From NCBI RefSeq assembly GCF_009914755.1, contig NC_060938.1: a stretch of 64,000 nt of DNA, one strand, 5' to 3'. Below, in pieces: positions 1-12,861 of the stretch; positions within the stretch are counted from its first letter, which is position 1; every line of letters begins with the position of its first letter. Position numbers and translations under genes: made by a program. The notes below the pieces were generated by a model. It did no database searches. It was given only the letters and a program-made list of their open reading frames with translations, and was not told the DNA's origin. This stretch comes from the human T2T-CHM13v2.0 reference genome, Homo sapiens.

Positions 1-295
1 TAAATAGGGTCACAGCAGGAGTTTGTAGCATGACCAGACAAAGAAAGTTCACGAGACAGACAAATAATACCAATATAAGACAGTAGCTGAAGACAGCAGA
101 TGTGTAGAAAGAGCAGAAATAAGGGACACCATAGCCTCGTGCCACAAGAGACTGAGGAGATGGTTTCAGGTACTGACTTACCAGATGACCTGATACATGT
201 TCCTTACTGCCCTGTGTCCTGTCTGTAAGTTCATATTGTACTTGAGCTAGTATGTGTGAGCTTCTATTCTTTGTCATTAAATGATCCCTAAAATA
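1..295 (+). mobile_element. MaLR LTR (MLT1-like), 3' part
   Basis: Ends CTTGAGCTAGTATGTGTGAGCTTCTATTCTTTGTCATTAAATGATCCCTAAAATA, resembling the MLT1J/K/L 3' terminus; highly diverged. Confidence 0.5.
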
Positions 296-304
296 TTCAC
301 TAAG

Positions 305-763
305 TATAATAGTCAGGAATCAACAGGAAAAGATGGTCCATTCAAACATAGTAACAGAGGAAAGCTTAATAATGGGATTATTTACAAAGAAGGGCAGAGC
401 GTAAGGAAACCAACCAAGAATAATGGGGCACCTCAGGTCTAGCAAGAGCGGGGAGCTGATACCACCCTAGAGCTGAAAGGGCAAGGGACAGGAGCATCTG
501 TCTGAGTCTGGAGAGAGCAGGGACTTTTCGACAGGAGTTGTGGTCATAGGTAGATGGACACAGCCAACTCACAGCAACACAGCAGGAAGGGAACTGGCAG
601 AATCGATATCCTGACCTTCCACTCTGCCTGTCCTCCTGTACCTGTAGATGCCTCTTTTGTCAAACCTACTAGATGACAGAGGGCAAGGTAGCCACTGATA
701 CAGCCCATGAGTGGGTGAGAATGGAGAGTGGACTGGAGAGGCAAATGGAAATCATCTAGCACA
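305..763 (-). mobile_element. LTR33-family ERVL solo LTR
   Basis: Reverse complement starts TGTGCTAGATGATTTCCATTTGCCTCTCCAGTCCACTCTCC, matching the LTR33 5' end. Confidence 0.7.
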
Positions 764-816
764 CAAAGTAACTTCTGTGCACATTTGCAGGAAAAAACTG
801 GCTCTCTTCTCCTTGA

Positions 817-1121
<305 letters not shown>

Positions 1122-1292
1122 GACAACCTCTTTTTGGCCCATCTACTAAACTAGAGGTGGAGAGAGCACAACTAAAATTCAAACTTACCCCAGTCAAATC
1201 CAGCTTGCTTTACAGATGATTACATTTAATTACATTTAAAATTTATAAGCATCAATTTTTTAATCATAGATTCAAGTTAGACATGGACTTTC

Positions 1293-1464
1293 TTTTTTTC
1301 TTTTTTTTTGTTTTTTGTTTTGAGACTGAGTGTCGCTCTATCGCCCTGGCTGGATGTGTGTGTAGTGGCACGGCCAGGATAGTCTCGAACTCCTGACCTC
1401 GTGATCCGCCTGCCTCAGCCTCCCAAAGTGCTGGGATTACAGGCGTGAGCCACCGCGCCCAGCC
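1293..1464 (-). mobile_element. Alu (AluSc/Sg-like) with an internal deletion of about 140 bp
   Basis: Tail and right-arm 3' end join directly to left-arm GGCCAGGATAGTCTCG at 1371/1372; TSD AGACATGGACTTTC (1279-1292) and AGATACGGACTTTC (1465-1478). Confidence 0.93.
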
Positions 1465-2324
1465 AGATACGGACTTTCTTTAGAGTTTAGAACTAGAAGT
1501 TCTAGGTTGTCTACTTAGAAACACATACAGATACAAACATATGGAAAGCATATTTCATTTTCCTTCAGAATTTCCAAAGCAAGGGTCTTTCCTTATACTT
1601 CCTTTCCAGCTGCCCCAGAGCACCTTCTGCAGTGATTCTCAGTGTATGGGAGAAATGGTAAAATATCAGTGAAGGAGAAAACGCACACTCACAGACGCCA
1701 CATAAATTAGAAGTTTTCTTTTGGAAGAGAAGCTCAGAAATGTTCTAACTTAAGAATATTATATTTCCTTCCAACTTACCAACTTTCCTAATAAGAGCAT
1801 GTCTAATCTCAAGTTATGATAGAAACTTTGCACAAGAAGGTTAGATGTTCCAGAACCACTCCTGTGGCTCCAGCGTGTCTTCATCTCCATGGCAGAACCT
1901 TCTCAGGGCAGGCATTGGAAGTACCAGCAAGCTTGACTGCATATCACCACCGTCTGTTTTTTGATGAGCAGATAAGATTGGTGATAGGGCCTTTCATTTT
2001 TAGGTTGTGGTCAGAAGCCCTGCATCACTGAGTCATAGTTAAAGCTGCTCCTTCTGGAGATGGTGGGAAACGAGTGGGTGTATCCAGCCCACCTCTTCCT
2101 AGATGAAAGCTGCCTAAGAAAAAAACACCTCAATACATCTGGCATGAATGAATCGGCACAGATTCCTGTGGTATGGAGAGCGGAGGCTGTGAAGAAATGT
2201 AAACTTGTAGACTCTGGGAGATAGTCTGGCCCAAATATGACAAAACAGAAAACACCCTGAAACTGCTGTTTTTAAATTGAAAACAATAATCACAGGATCC
2301 AGGATCTCAAAGCATAAGAAAGGA

Positions 2325-2744
<420 letters not shown>

Positions 2745-3644
2745 TCACATCATACTGGTGATATATATGTGAGCTGGGACCACATGAATTTTAACATCCT
2801 TCCTTCATGGATGAGAACCATTTGCATGGAAGTGTGATATCCCTACACGAGGTTATAATACTGAAGTTTTTCATCTGCTCATTATGATCCAAGGCTCCCA
2901 ATACCCAGACTTTCAATTAGCTCTACTTTCTACTAATGGGCATTCATAGGAATGAGCTGATAGCAGCAACAGATTATAATTCTTGGCAGAATCAGTCTGC
3001 ATGCCTTTCTAATGCTTAGTGCTAAATCATCACTTATATCACCACTATCACAGTTCCGAAGAGACAGGGGATATGGACAAAACTGAGAGGCAGGCGAAGG
3101 ATAGAGCATCGCTAATGTCAATCTGTCTGACAAGGATGAGACACTAGGCCGCCAAGAAGATCAGTCTAAACAAAACAATGACCACCCATAGCTACAGGTC
3201 AGTAAGACCCAGTGAGCTACAGTACACAAAAATCTGTGCCTTCCCTGGAGGTTTGTCCCACAGAAAATAAAAAAAGGATCCAACAAAGGGGATTCAAAGG
3301 ACTATGCAGGAGAGACTATAGAGTAGACATCATTTATTTATCCTGGCTTTTGTTAGGGTAAATAAAAGCAGAAAACTTCCCTGGTTGGCAAATCTTTCGC
3401 ACACTCCAGAAATTGCATTGTATATGTCCAGTGACATATTCTCTCTCTAGTGAGGAGATAGAGGAAAGGGACATTTGGAGAGAAGAGTGCCAAATAGGTC
3501 TTAGTGAAGTTTCAATCTGTGAGATGAGATTGTGTTGTTCATTCTGTCCTACAGCGGAGACAAACATCTGGCAGAAAATATCTATTAGTGCTTTCTTTGA
3601 ACTGACCTCTTGAGTGAACAAGGTAGATTGCAAAAGAGTGTTTC

Positions 3645-3850
3645 TACTATGATTTCATTTTATGTAAAATTATAGATTTGAACACAAATATAAACAAAGA
3701 TGCGTAGAAAGATGACTGAAAGAATGTTGCAAAAGTATGAAGAGTTATCTCTAGATAGTAACTGTTCAGGGGATTTCACGATTTTCAGCATTGTTTCATT
3801 TTCTACAAGGAAGAGGTATTATCTTCATAAATAGACAAAACTAAATAACT
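3645..3850 (+). mobile_element. Ancient L1ME (L1ME4-like) 3' end fragment
   Basis: ATGATTTCATTTTATGTAAAA...GTTATCTCT...TTTTCTACAAG...TATTA pattern typical of the L1ME 3' UTR. Confidence 0.5.
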
Positions 3851-3909
3851 TTCTTTAGACTAATCAGAAACCAGCAATATTCAGATATTTTATTATAAAA
3901 GGCAAAGGA

Positions 3910-4050
3910 GAGAATAAACATTTATCAGCTGCCTTCCTTGCACTCAGGACTATGTTTGGCAACAAGCCTCATGAATTATTATTTTTCCTATTTTACAGAT
4001 AAGAAACAAAAGTGCAGAGAATTTGCCTAACTTGACCAAGACCTCCACCA
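3910..4050 (-). mobile_element. MIR fragment
   Basis: Core CCTATTTTACAGATAAGAAACAAAAGTGCAGAGA...AACTTGACCAAG. Confidence 0.75.
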
Positions 4051-4474
4051 GTGTTTTCAACCTTTCAGCAAAGGAGAAATCCCAGAGCCAAGATGCTCTT
4101 TCACTCAGCTTGAGAAAGAATCCCAGGGAAAGAGGGAGTTTGGGATGGAAGGCACAAGTGCAGGCCCATCTCTCCAAGTCCCCACTGAGAATCCCTCTGA
4201 CTACTGGCAGAGCCACATATTGTGAGTCCATTAATAGAGAAAATATTGCCCCCTTAGCTGAGGTGTGGCCAAAACAAATGAGAGCAAGATGCTTTGTGAT
4301 CTTTGAGTAGCAGGACTAGCTGTGAGGAGTCCCAGTGTCACCCATGACATGTGTTCTGGGGAACATCCACAGTGAAGGCAGCAGAGCCATTATTTGAGGT
4401 CTAGTTGAGGGTCACCCCACATCAAAGCACAGTGCTAGCAATCAGGATTACCATGGTAACCACTTGAAATAGCT

Positions 4475-4565
4475 AAGCTTCTCTGGGCCTCAGTTTCCTC
4501 AACTGGAAAGCAAAAGGGTTTGCCTAGAAAATCTTTAAAGTCCCTTCCAGTTCTAGGAATCTATC
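4475..4565 (+). mobile_element. MIR3/MIRc fragment
   Basis: CTCTGGGCCTCAGTTTCCTC...AAGTCCCTTCCAGTTCTAG. Confidence 0.7.
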
Positions 4566-6102
4566 ACTCATGATCTAATCCCAGCCACCACTTCTGTCAG
4601 AGTCATTAGACAATTGCCCTAGCACGTTCAACTGGTCCACCAGACATTGCTTCAGGGCCTAAAATTACGTGTGGTAATGCAGAGATGGAAAATCTCTTTT
4701 GTAATCTGCGTAGGATTTTGCTACCTACTTAGCTTAGTTTCACAACCCACAATTATCTTTGAAAAACAGACAAGTCAATTTACTCTCTCATCTATGTTCC
4801 AGAGGGGGGCCAATCCCACACTCCTCCTTCTTACAGAAAAATCCCCAAATCTCAGATAGGAGTCAGGATAACTCAGGAGATTTGGCAGTATGAGCTTGGA
4901 ATCTTTCCCACTGGGTCCCAAACACTTTATCTCTTAAGAGCTGCTTTTGTAAGGCAGGCAAGAAAGGCTGAGTTAATACTGAGAATTTATAAATGGTTTT
5001 GCAAATTAAACAGAATTCTGTCTCTGAAAGGCAACCAGGAGAGTATTTCTGTTCTCCTGTTATTTGCTCACAAGCAAAAATTCGAAATGCCGATAAAAGC
5101 CCCTTAGTGCTTGCAGGTAGCCACTTTCTTATCAAAACAAGACAGAAGAGTAAATTGAACCATCCAGAAAATCACATATCCACCCCTTAATAATATTAAT
5201 TGAGAAAATCTCAGACAGTGGCAGTGTGGACAATTATAAACATGAGATGCAGATGGCCGAATCACAATAATCAAACTCAATTGCTATTTGGAAAGAAAGA
5301 GCCAGGAATGAATTTAAATATGTGGTTCAGTGGTCAATTTCCAATATTTTCTCCTGTGCAATCCATATCCTGCTTTCAAAGGTAGGTGGGCAAAGATACT
5401 AAGTCTTCCAGATGGAGGTGGGAGGCCTTCTCTGAGTTGGAAATTCTGCATAAACAGCATCAAGCCACTATCTAGCCTCCCTGAGCATCTCAGTTCACCA
5501 TGGAGGCACCACGAACTAGAAAAACAGTGACATCCCTCTCTTCTCACCCTTTGCAGGACAACTTGTGGTCCAGAGAAATAGGTTAGAAAACTTCCTCTTC
5601 GTGGGCTCTGGAGAATCATTTGTGGTATTCACTCCAGGAAATCAATTTCTGAAGTCTGTTTCATAGACTTTAATGAGTTCCTTATTTAAAAAACAACATT
5701 TGGCAATCTCTATTCAAATATATTTCATGCGTTTCTATTGAGTCATTTATTTGACAAACCATGTGCTATCTGCTTCCTTTTTGAAATGCTATATTTTAAT
5801 TGGGTCAAGGATATGTGTGCTATATTTTTTAGAGAATTTTTTTCATTTCCAGAGAAGAGTTATATCTAAGGGTACATCTTAATCCAACATAGCAAGAGTC
5901 TGTTTACCTTCCCCGCCTTAGCATGTTCCACCTTTTAAAGAGGCTAATGAGTGACTCACGTTTTTGGCTGACTTTTCCTTGAATATCAGGTCTTCTCTGA
6001 GTGAGCAACTCATCTTCTGCACAGATACTGCATACCCACCCACCCATCCCAGCTTAAATACTGTTTGTCTTGCTTCCACTGATAGGAAAAATTATTCAGA
6101 TT

Positions 6103-6297
6103 CTATCTTCCCACTCACTTTAGTTACGAGAATGGGTGAGGTTAAAGAATTTGGTGGCACCAACTGTGAGATTCACCTTTATTGTCTATCCTTTTGAACT
6201 GTCTTCCCACTCACTTCTCTAGCTACAAGAACGGGTGAGTTTAAAGAATTTGGTGGCACCAACTGTGAGATTCTCCCTTATTGTCTATACTTTTGAA
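6103..6297 (+). repeat. Two-copy tandem duplication (96 bp and 99 bp)
   Basis: Copies at 6103-6198 and 6199-6297 share TCTTCCCACTCACTT...TTAAAGAATTTGGTGGCACCAACTGTGAGATTC...TTATTGTCTAT...CTTTTGAAC. Confidence 0.95.
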
Positions 6298-6324
6298 CAT
6301 CTCACCATTAAGTACCAAAAGATC

Positions 6325-6626
<302 letters not shown>

Positions 6627-6854
6627 CTAAAAGACCCTGACTGCACACTTACAATTTACTTTTTGCAACCATGAATGCTTTCAAATCTGATTCTAAATTC
6701 CAAAATCATGCAAGGAACTGAACATACCCGGCAGACAGCAGGAAAAGTTAAAGTTAGAGAACTAGTTACTGTGCTACATGTTTACTGTAAACTGTTTCCT
6801 ACTTCCTACTTTTGCCTATAATGCTCATCTTCCCCTTCACCCAACTAATCCCCA

Positions 6855-7102
6855 GTTCTCTCATCCTTAAGGTATTACCTGTTCCAGTAAGTTTCCTCTG
6901 TCCCTAACACTCCCCACCTTGGTTGTCTATCATCCTCCATAGCTGTTTACATCTCCGTCATTGCATTTAACGTCACTGTGTTATAATTATCACTTATGGG
7001 TCTGTGTCTTCAACAAAGACAGAAACTAAGTCTCTTTCATTTTTGATTGCCCATGCTTGGTCCAGTCTGGCGGATAGAAAGCATTTACAGTGAGAATGAA
7101 TG
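6855..7102 (+). mobile_element. L2 3' end fragment
   Basis: L2-type tail ending GAGAATGAATGG; diverged. Confidence 0.55.
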
Positions 7103-7344
7103 GGCATCAACTGCTCTCTGACTCATCTAAGAAAACAAAAACAATTTTAGATTCAAGGCAAAAATGCATTAAACTAGTGAGAAAAATATCTGAAAGTCCT
7201 AAGCAGAAAATTGTTTTAAGTAGTACATATGGCTGCTTGTTCTCCCGCGTGCTGGTGCACTTGTTTCACTCTGACTTAAGAGTGGATATTTATATTTGTA
7301 GATGACTCCACAAACCCTATCACTTTGGGCTATCACTACAGGTA

Positions 7345-8960
7345 TTTCCATCTCCACTTACACTCACTCCACAACCTTCTCCATCACCTCAAATACATCT
7401 CCCCGGCCACCTCCGCCACTATCTTACTTCTACCACCTCAACCTCCTCTACTATCTCAGCCACCTTCCCACCCACCTCCACTACCTCTTTCACCTTCTTA
7501 GCCACGACATTCACTACCTCTATTACCTCCATCGCCCCAACCAACTCTTCTACCTCCATCGCCCCAACCAACTCTTCTACCTCCATCGCCCCAACCAACT
7601 CTTCTACCTCCATCGCCCCAACCAACTCTTCTACCTCCATCGCCCCAACCAACTCTTCTACCTCCATCGCCCCAACCAACTCTTCTACCTCCATCGCCCC
7701 AACCAACTCTTCTCCCTCCATCACCCCAACCAACTCTTCTACCTCCATCGCCCCAACCAACTCTTCTACCTCCATCGCCCCAACCAACTCTTCTCCCTCC
7801 ATCGCCCCAACCAACTCTTCTACCTCCATCGCCCCAACCAACTCTTCTACCTCCATCGTCCCAACCAACTCTTCTCCCTCCATCGCCCCAACCAACTCTT
7901 CTACCTCCATCGCCCCAACCAACTCTTCTCCCTCCATCGCCCCAACCAACTCTTCTACCTCCATCGCCCCAACCAACTCTTCTACCTCCATCGCCCCAAC
8001 CAACTCTTCTACCTCCATCGCCCCAACCAACTCTTCTACCTCCATCGCCCCAACCAACTCTTCTACCTCCATCGCCCCAACCAACTCTTCTACCTCCATC
8101 GCCCCAACCAACTCTTCTCCCGCCATCGCCCCAACCAACTCTTCTACCTCCATCGGCCCAACCAACTCTTCTCCCTCCATCGCCCCAACCAACTCTTCTA
8201 CCTCCATCGCCCCAACCAACTCTTCTACCTCCATCGCCCCAACCAACTCTTCTCCCTCCATCGCCCCAACCAACTCTTCTACCTCCATCGCCCCAACCAA
8301 CTCTTCTACCTCCATCGCCCCAACCAACTCTTCTACCTCCATCGCCCCAACCAACTCTTCTCCCTCCATCGCCCCAACCAACTCTTCTACCTCCATCGCC
8401 CCAACCAACTCTTCTACCTCCATCGCCCCAACCAACTCTTCTACCTCCATCGCCCCAACCAACTCTTCTCCCTCCATCGCCCCAACCAACTCTTCTCCCT
8501 CCATCGGCCCAACCAACTCTTCTCCCTCCATCGCCCCAACCAACTCTTCTCCCTCCATCGCCCCAACCAACTCTTCTCCCTCCATCGCCCCAACCAACTC
8601 TTCTCCCTCCATCGCCCCAACCAACTCTTCTCCCTCCACCTTGGATTCACCACCAATTCCTCCACCACCTTCACCACCTTCTTCACCATCTCCATCACCT
8701 TCACCCAACCATAACCTCCACCACCAGCTCTACTACTTCCACCTCCACCACTCCTACTACCATCTTTTCCACCCCCTCCACCATCCCTAGCTCCACCTCT
8801 ATCACTTGTCCCACCTCCATAACCTCCTATGCTACTTCCTCCATCCCCCCACTACATCCTTTACCTCCACCTCCACCTCCATCTCCACCTCCAGCACCAT
8901 CTCCTCCCCCTGCATCTTCACACTTACCACCCCCTCTACCACAGCCTCCATCACCACAAG
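7345..8960 (+). repeat. Low-complexity (ACC/TCC/ATC)n tract that hosts the VNTR
   Basis: C-rich, almost G-free degenerate triplets on both sides of the array. Confidence 0.9.
7524..8638 (+). repeat. 27-bp minisatellite (VNTR), 41 full copies plus 8 bp
   Basis: Unit T(A/C)CCTCCATCGCCCCAACCAACTCTTC; 7524-8630 is 1107 bp, exactly 41 x 27, with no indels. Confidence 0.99.
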
Positions 8961-10254
8961 TATTTATTCTCTTCAAGAATCATCTTCCTCAAATATATTT
9001 GGGGAATATAACAGAAACTGATTTCACCTTCTTTTCTGCTGCTTCACTGTCCCTTGCCTTCTCTCCTGCTCCTGCCACTTTTTTTCTCCTCACATCTCTG
9101 CATTCCACAGATATCTTTATGCTGCTCTCCCCCTTCTCCCACTATAAACCTAGCAGAGATTCGGCTCTCAATACATGTTTAGAAGTGAAATTGGTTTTCA
9201 AGGCATCCCTGGAAGTTGTGGGAGCTTGGAGCTAAGGTCAGAGGAGGCAGAGAAAAATAAAGCATGTTCTCCCTGTTCTCTACCCCTGGAACCAATATTC
9301 TATGCAAGAAGGTAGAGCACAAGCTATTTCACCCACTGAAAATACATTAGCCAAGGTAACAAAACCTAGAAACAAAGTACAGCATAAACTGGGCATGCTG
9401 CCTGCTCCAGAGATAAAACTGAAGTCTGGACTGCAAGTCTAAAAGGCCCATCCATTCCCAAATGATTGTGTTCCTTCTATCATTGATGTATGACTATCAC
9501 AGCAGAAAAAATTATGTAGCCTTAAGTTGTATGTATTTAGGATGTTGGAGAACAACATAGTAAGGATTCCAGGATTAATGAATATAAACATATAATACAA
9601 AGAAAATTCATCATAAAAATACAACTCAGCAGGTCCTCTGTCTCCCTTACAGAGACTTTGATGGAAAGGTATGGGGATTTTCGGTGTTAAAGTAGCCACC
9701 GGAGGGAAGTAAGTCTGAAGGATGAGTCAAACCCCAGATCTATGGAACACCCTGGAACACAAAGATAAAACAAGAAAATCCATAAAAGTCACTGGAACTA
9801 CTATTTCCAATGCCACCAAATTGGCTCAGAACTCTTACTGCACTTTTCAATCTTATCATTTAAAAAAGATAGAGAAAAAAAGATAAAGAAATAAAGACAT
9901 GGATTTTTCAAACAAATGCAAAAGCTTTAGACAGTAAATCTCCGCTCCCAGACTTAAGAACATTCAGAATAATGAGTCAGTTTTGGCCCCAGTTCCTACG
10001 TTTTACCCTTTCACAGGATGAGACAAAGAATGAAATATAGAAATGAATATATGAATGAATGAATGAATGAAATATAGAAAAGAGAAAGTTTCTAAAGTTG
10101 TGACAATCATCAACATAGAATGCCACGCTGAATGTAACAACTTTACTATGGATGTGATCAAGGTATATATGGGGGAAAATCTTGCTCTCAAGGAAATTCC
10201 AGGTATTTTACATCAAATCTCATCTGGTGACAATGACAAGAAAAACACTTTTTT

Positions 10255-10590
10255 GTGTTAAGGTCCCAGCTCAACACAAAGCGGCCTGCCCAGAACACCC
10301 CACCCAAAATAGCACATACCCCCTTTCAACTGTCCTTTTCTGTTTTCTCGCCCAGCTTTATTTTTCCTTCTTTTTCCTATTTATTTCATTTTTCTTATCT
10401 ATTTATCTCACACCCTGCGTTATTTTTCCTTATCATCACCCAACATAATACGTATTTGTTTATCTACTTATCGTCTCCTCTCACTTTTATATAAACTTCA
10501 TAAGAGCTTTGACCTCTTCTTGAGCTTCTATTTTTGTTCACTCACAGCGGTATCCCCAGTGCTTAAGATGGTGGTTGGCACAAAACATTT
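10255..10590 (+). mobile_element. L2 3' fragment
   Basis: AAGGTCCCAGCTCAA...TTTGTTCACT...TATCCCCAGTGCTTAAGATGGTGGTTGGCACA. Confidence 0.7.
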
Positions 10591-11389
10591 ATATTTTGCA
10601 GTGAAAAAACTCTATAGGCTAATTAAATAAATGATATCTCTAAATAATATAAACAATTGATAGCACAAGTACAAAATTATATTTTTGTACATTTCCTCAG
10701 TTTCAATGCTTCCAGGCAAAGGAAGTCAAAATCTGTGGCACCGTGTTTGTTTTAGTCTTTCATCCTGTTCTACTTCTAAGTCTATGAAAATGGATCCTGT
10801 TCTTTAGTCTCCCAGGCTGCCCTCCATCTTGGCTCTTTTCCCTTGAAGGAGAATAAGAAGGACAAGGAGAGAGACCAGGAGAGGAAAAAATGGCATAAGG
10901 GACTATAAAAAATGTTGGAGGGCAAAATTTAGTCTAGAATTTAAAATTTAGTAGGGGCCTGCCTCTACTCCCTGCCTCTTGTTTAAACTAAAAATTTATC
11001 TTCCAAGACAGTAAGATGAGACAGGGAGAGATTTAGGAAAAAAATCTATGCTTGGCAACGGATCCCACCTTTCTATCTGTAAGGCTTTGGAATGACTCCA
11101 TCTGTAGTTCAGGAGTAGAAATAGTCTTTATGAGGACAGGTAATTGTGTATGAAGACTATTAAATGGGAAATTATGTGTGTTAGAATATAAATACAGTAT
11201 GCAGGAAATAAGAATACATGGCATCTCTGTACACTTGCTTAGATGATGGGTAGAGAAAATACTGGCTACAGAAATTCTGACCCTCAATCCTGAGTGGGAG
11301 ATTTCGGTGTAGAGGAGCTTGGTGTGTGATACTAAAGTTATCTGTCAAGGTAGGAAACCCAGGGGACAGGGAACATGGCCCCATAGTCT

Positions 11390-11635
11390 AAATAATAGCT
11401 AGTATTTATCAAGTACTTATTATGTTCTAAGTGATTTTACAGGGTTAATTCATTCCATTCTCAACAACAGATCTATGAGGTAATGTTATCAGCCCCATTT
11501 TACAGATAAGAAAACTAAGACTCAGAGAGGTTAAATCCCTGGTCCAAGACCACATGACCAGCAGGAAATGAAGCTGGTCTTTGAACCTTGACGGTCTGAT
11601 TTTGACACCAGCACCGCTGTGCTTAATCCCTGCTC
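11390..11635 (-). mobile_element. MIR, near full length
   Basis: AATAATAGCTAGTATTTATCAAGTACTT...CCCCATTTTACAGATAAGAAAACTAAGACTCAGAGAGGTTAA...TTTGAACC. Confidence 0.9.
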
Positions 11636-12446
11636 TCTGAGGAGATGCTCTGCCCACACTGGGAGGCTGCTCTAACTGCTGGGGTCTGTCCATTTTAGCT
11701 CTACACATCTTAGCTACACACAAGTAGATAAAAATTCCACCAAGAAGGCAGCCCAAGAAGGATCAAAGACGTAGACAGCTTCCACCAGCCATTTGGAGGA
11801 TCTATGAAGAGTCCCCTACCATGCTGTCCTCCTCCTGCCAACACCTCTGTCGGTCTCACATGTGGCCTTCCCTCTTCCTTCCCTCCCCTGCAGTTCTCCT
11901 GTTTAAGAGGAAAGGAGGAGGTAGGGAGAAGGTGTAGGAAGTAGAATTAGCCATAAGCTCTTTAGAGAGCCACAAGCTCTCTCTTCTCACCTGTGAATTA
12001 CCCTTGACTAGCCTCAGGTGAAAAACAAGTTCAAGGGTGTTCATTAAGATTCTTAAATTCTTTTCAAAACAAATATGTAGGATTTGACAAAGAAACATGT
12101 AGTACCTGAAACATTTATGGTTTACTTCATGCTTTCCCTTTACACATGGAAAAAAAATTAGGAAGGATACTCCCACTCCTAGTGTCCTGTTCAGACAAGA
12201 TGGTCCTTGGAAAAACTGTTAGAACTCCCTGTGCTACACCTTTATAAAGCACAGTTCTTTCCATTCATGTTCATAGAGCCATTTCTCTCAAAGCGGGCAC
12301 ATAGCAACAGCAAGTGCTAGGCTGGGAAGGATTTCACCCTCAACTGCCTACTAAGCCTAGCACTTTCTTCCAACCCTTCACTTTCTTAAATGCAAAAATT
12401 AGTTTGGAAGAAAATGTGTATCAAATTGTACTACTATAACAGACAC

Positions 12447-12861
12447 TGTGATATGGCATCCATGTCCTCCCTCAGGAATGAAGGACTTACTACTGCTTAT
12501 TATCCCTGTTTGGATTGCCTTGGCTGAAAAGAGCCACCTCACTCAAGCCGATGCACCCTTGCTGGCACAGAGCCCATTTAATGACTAGTAGTAGTGGTAG
12601 TAGTGGGGTATAAAGTCCCAGCTTTCCCACCGTAACTCCAGACCACTCTAAAGGGTTACCCCAACTTCAAAACTTTCCGTAATGTATCTGCTCTGCAAAG
12701 GCTTCATCACAGCCCAGCTTCTGCCTCTGACCAATCCTGCTTACTTCTCTTCCTTCCGTTTCCTTCTACAAATGTTGACCCCAAGGGCAATCTCTAATAA
12801 ACCTCCTTCATGCTTATCTCCATCTCTGTGTTGGCTTCCTAGGAAACCCAACCCACCATAC
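12447..12861 (+). mobile_element. LTR16C-like ERVL solo LTR
   Basis: GGGGTATAAAG TATA region, TGTTGACCCCAAGGGCA..CTAATAAACCTCC poly(A) signal, ends GCTTCCTAGGAAACCCAACC. Confidence 0.8.

Noticed and set aside
7524-8638. CRISPR array
   Set aside because: The units are directly adjacent with no unique spacers, there are no cas genes, and the DNA is primate.
7302-8714. 470-aa (+) and 429-aa (-) ORFs as real genes
   Set aside because: Their length follows automatically from a 27-bp unit with no stop codon. There is no domain or promoter evidence, and both strands are open.
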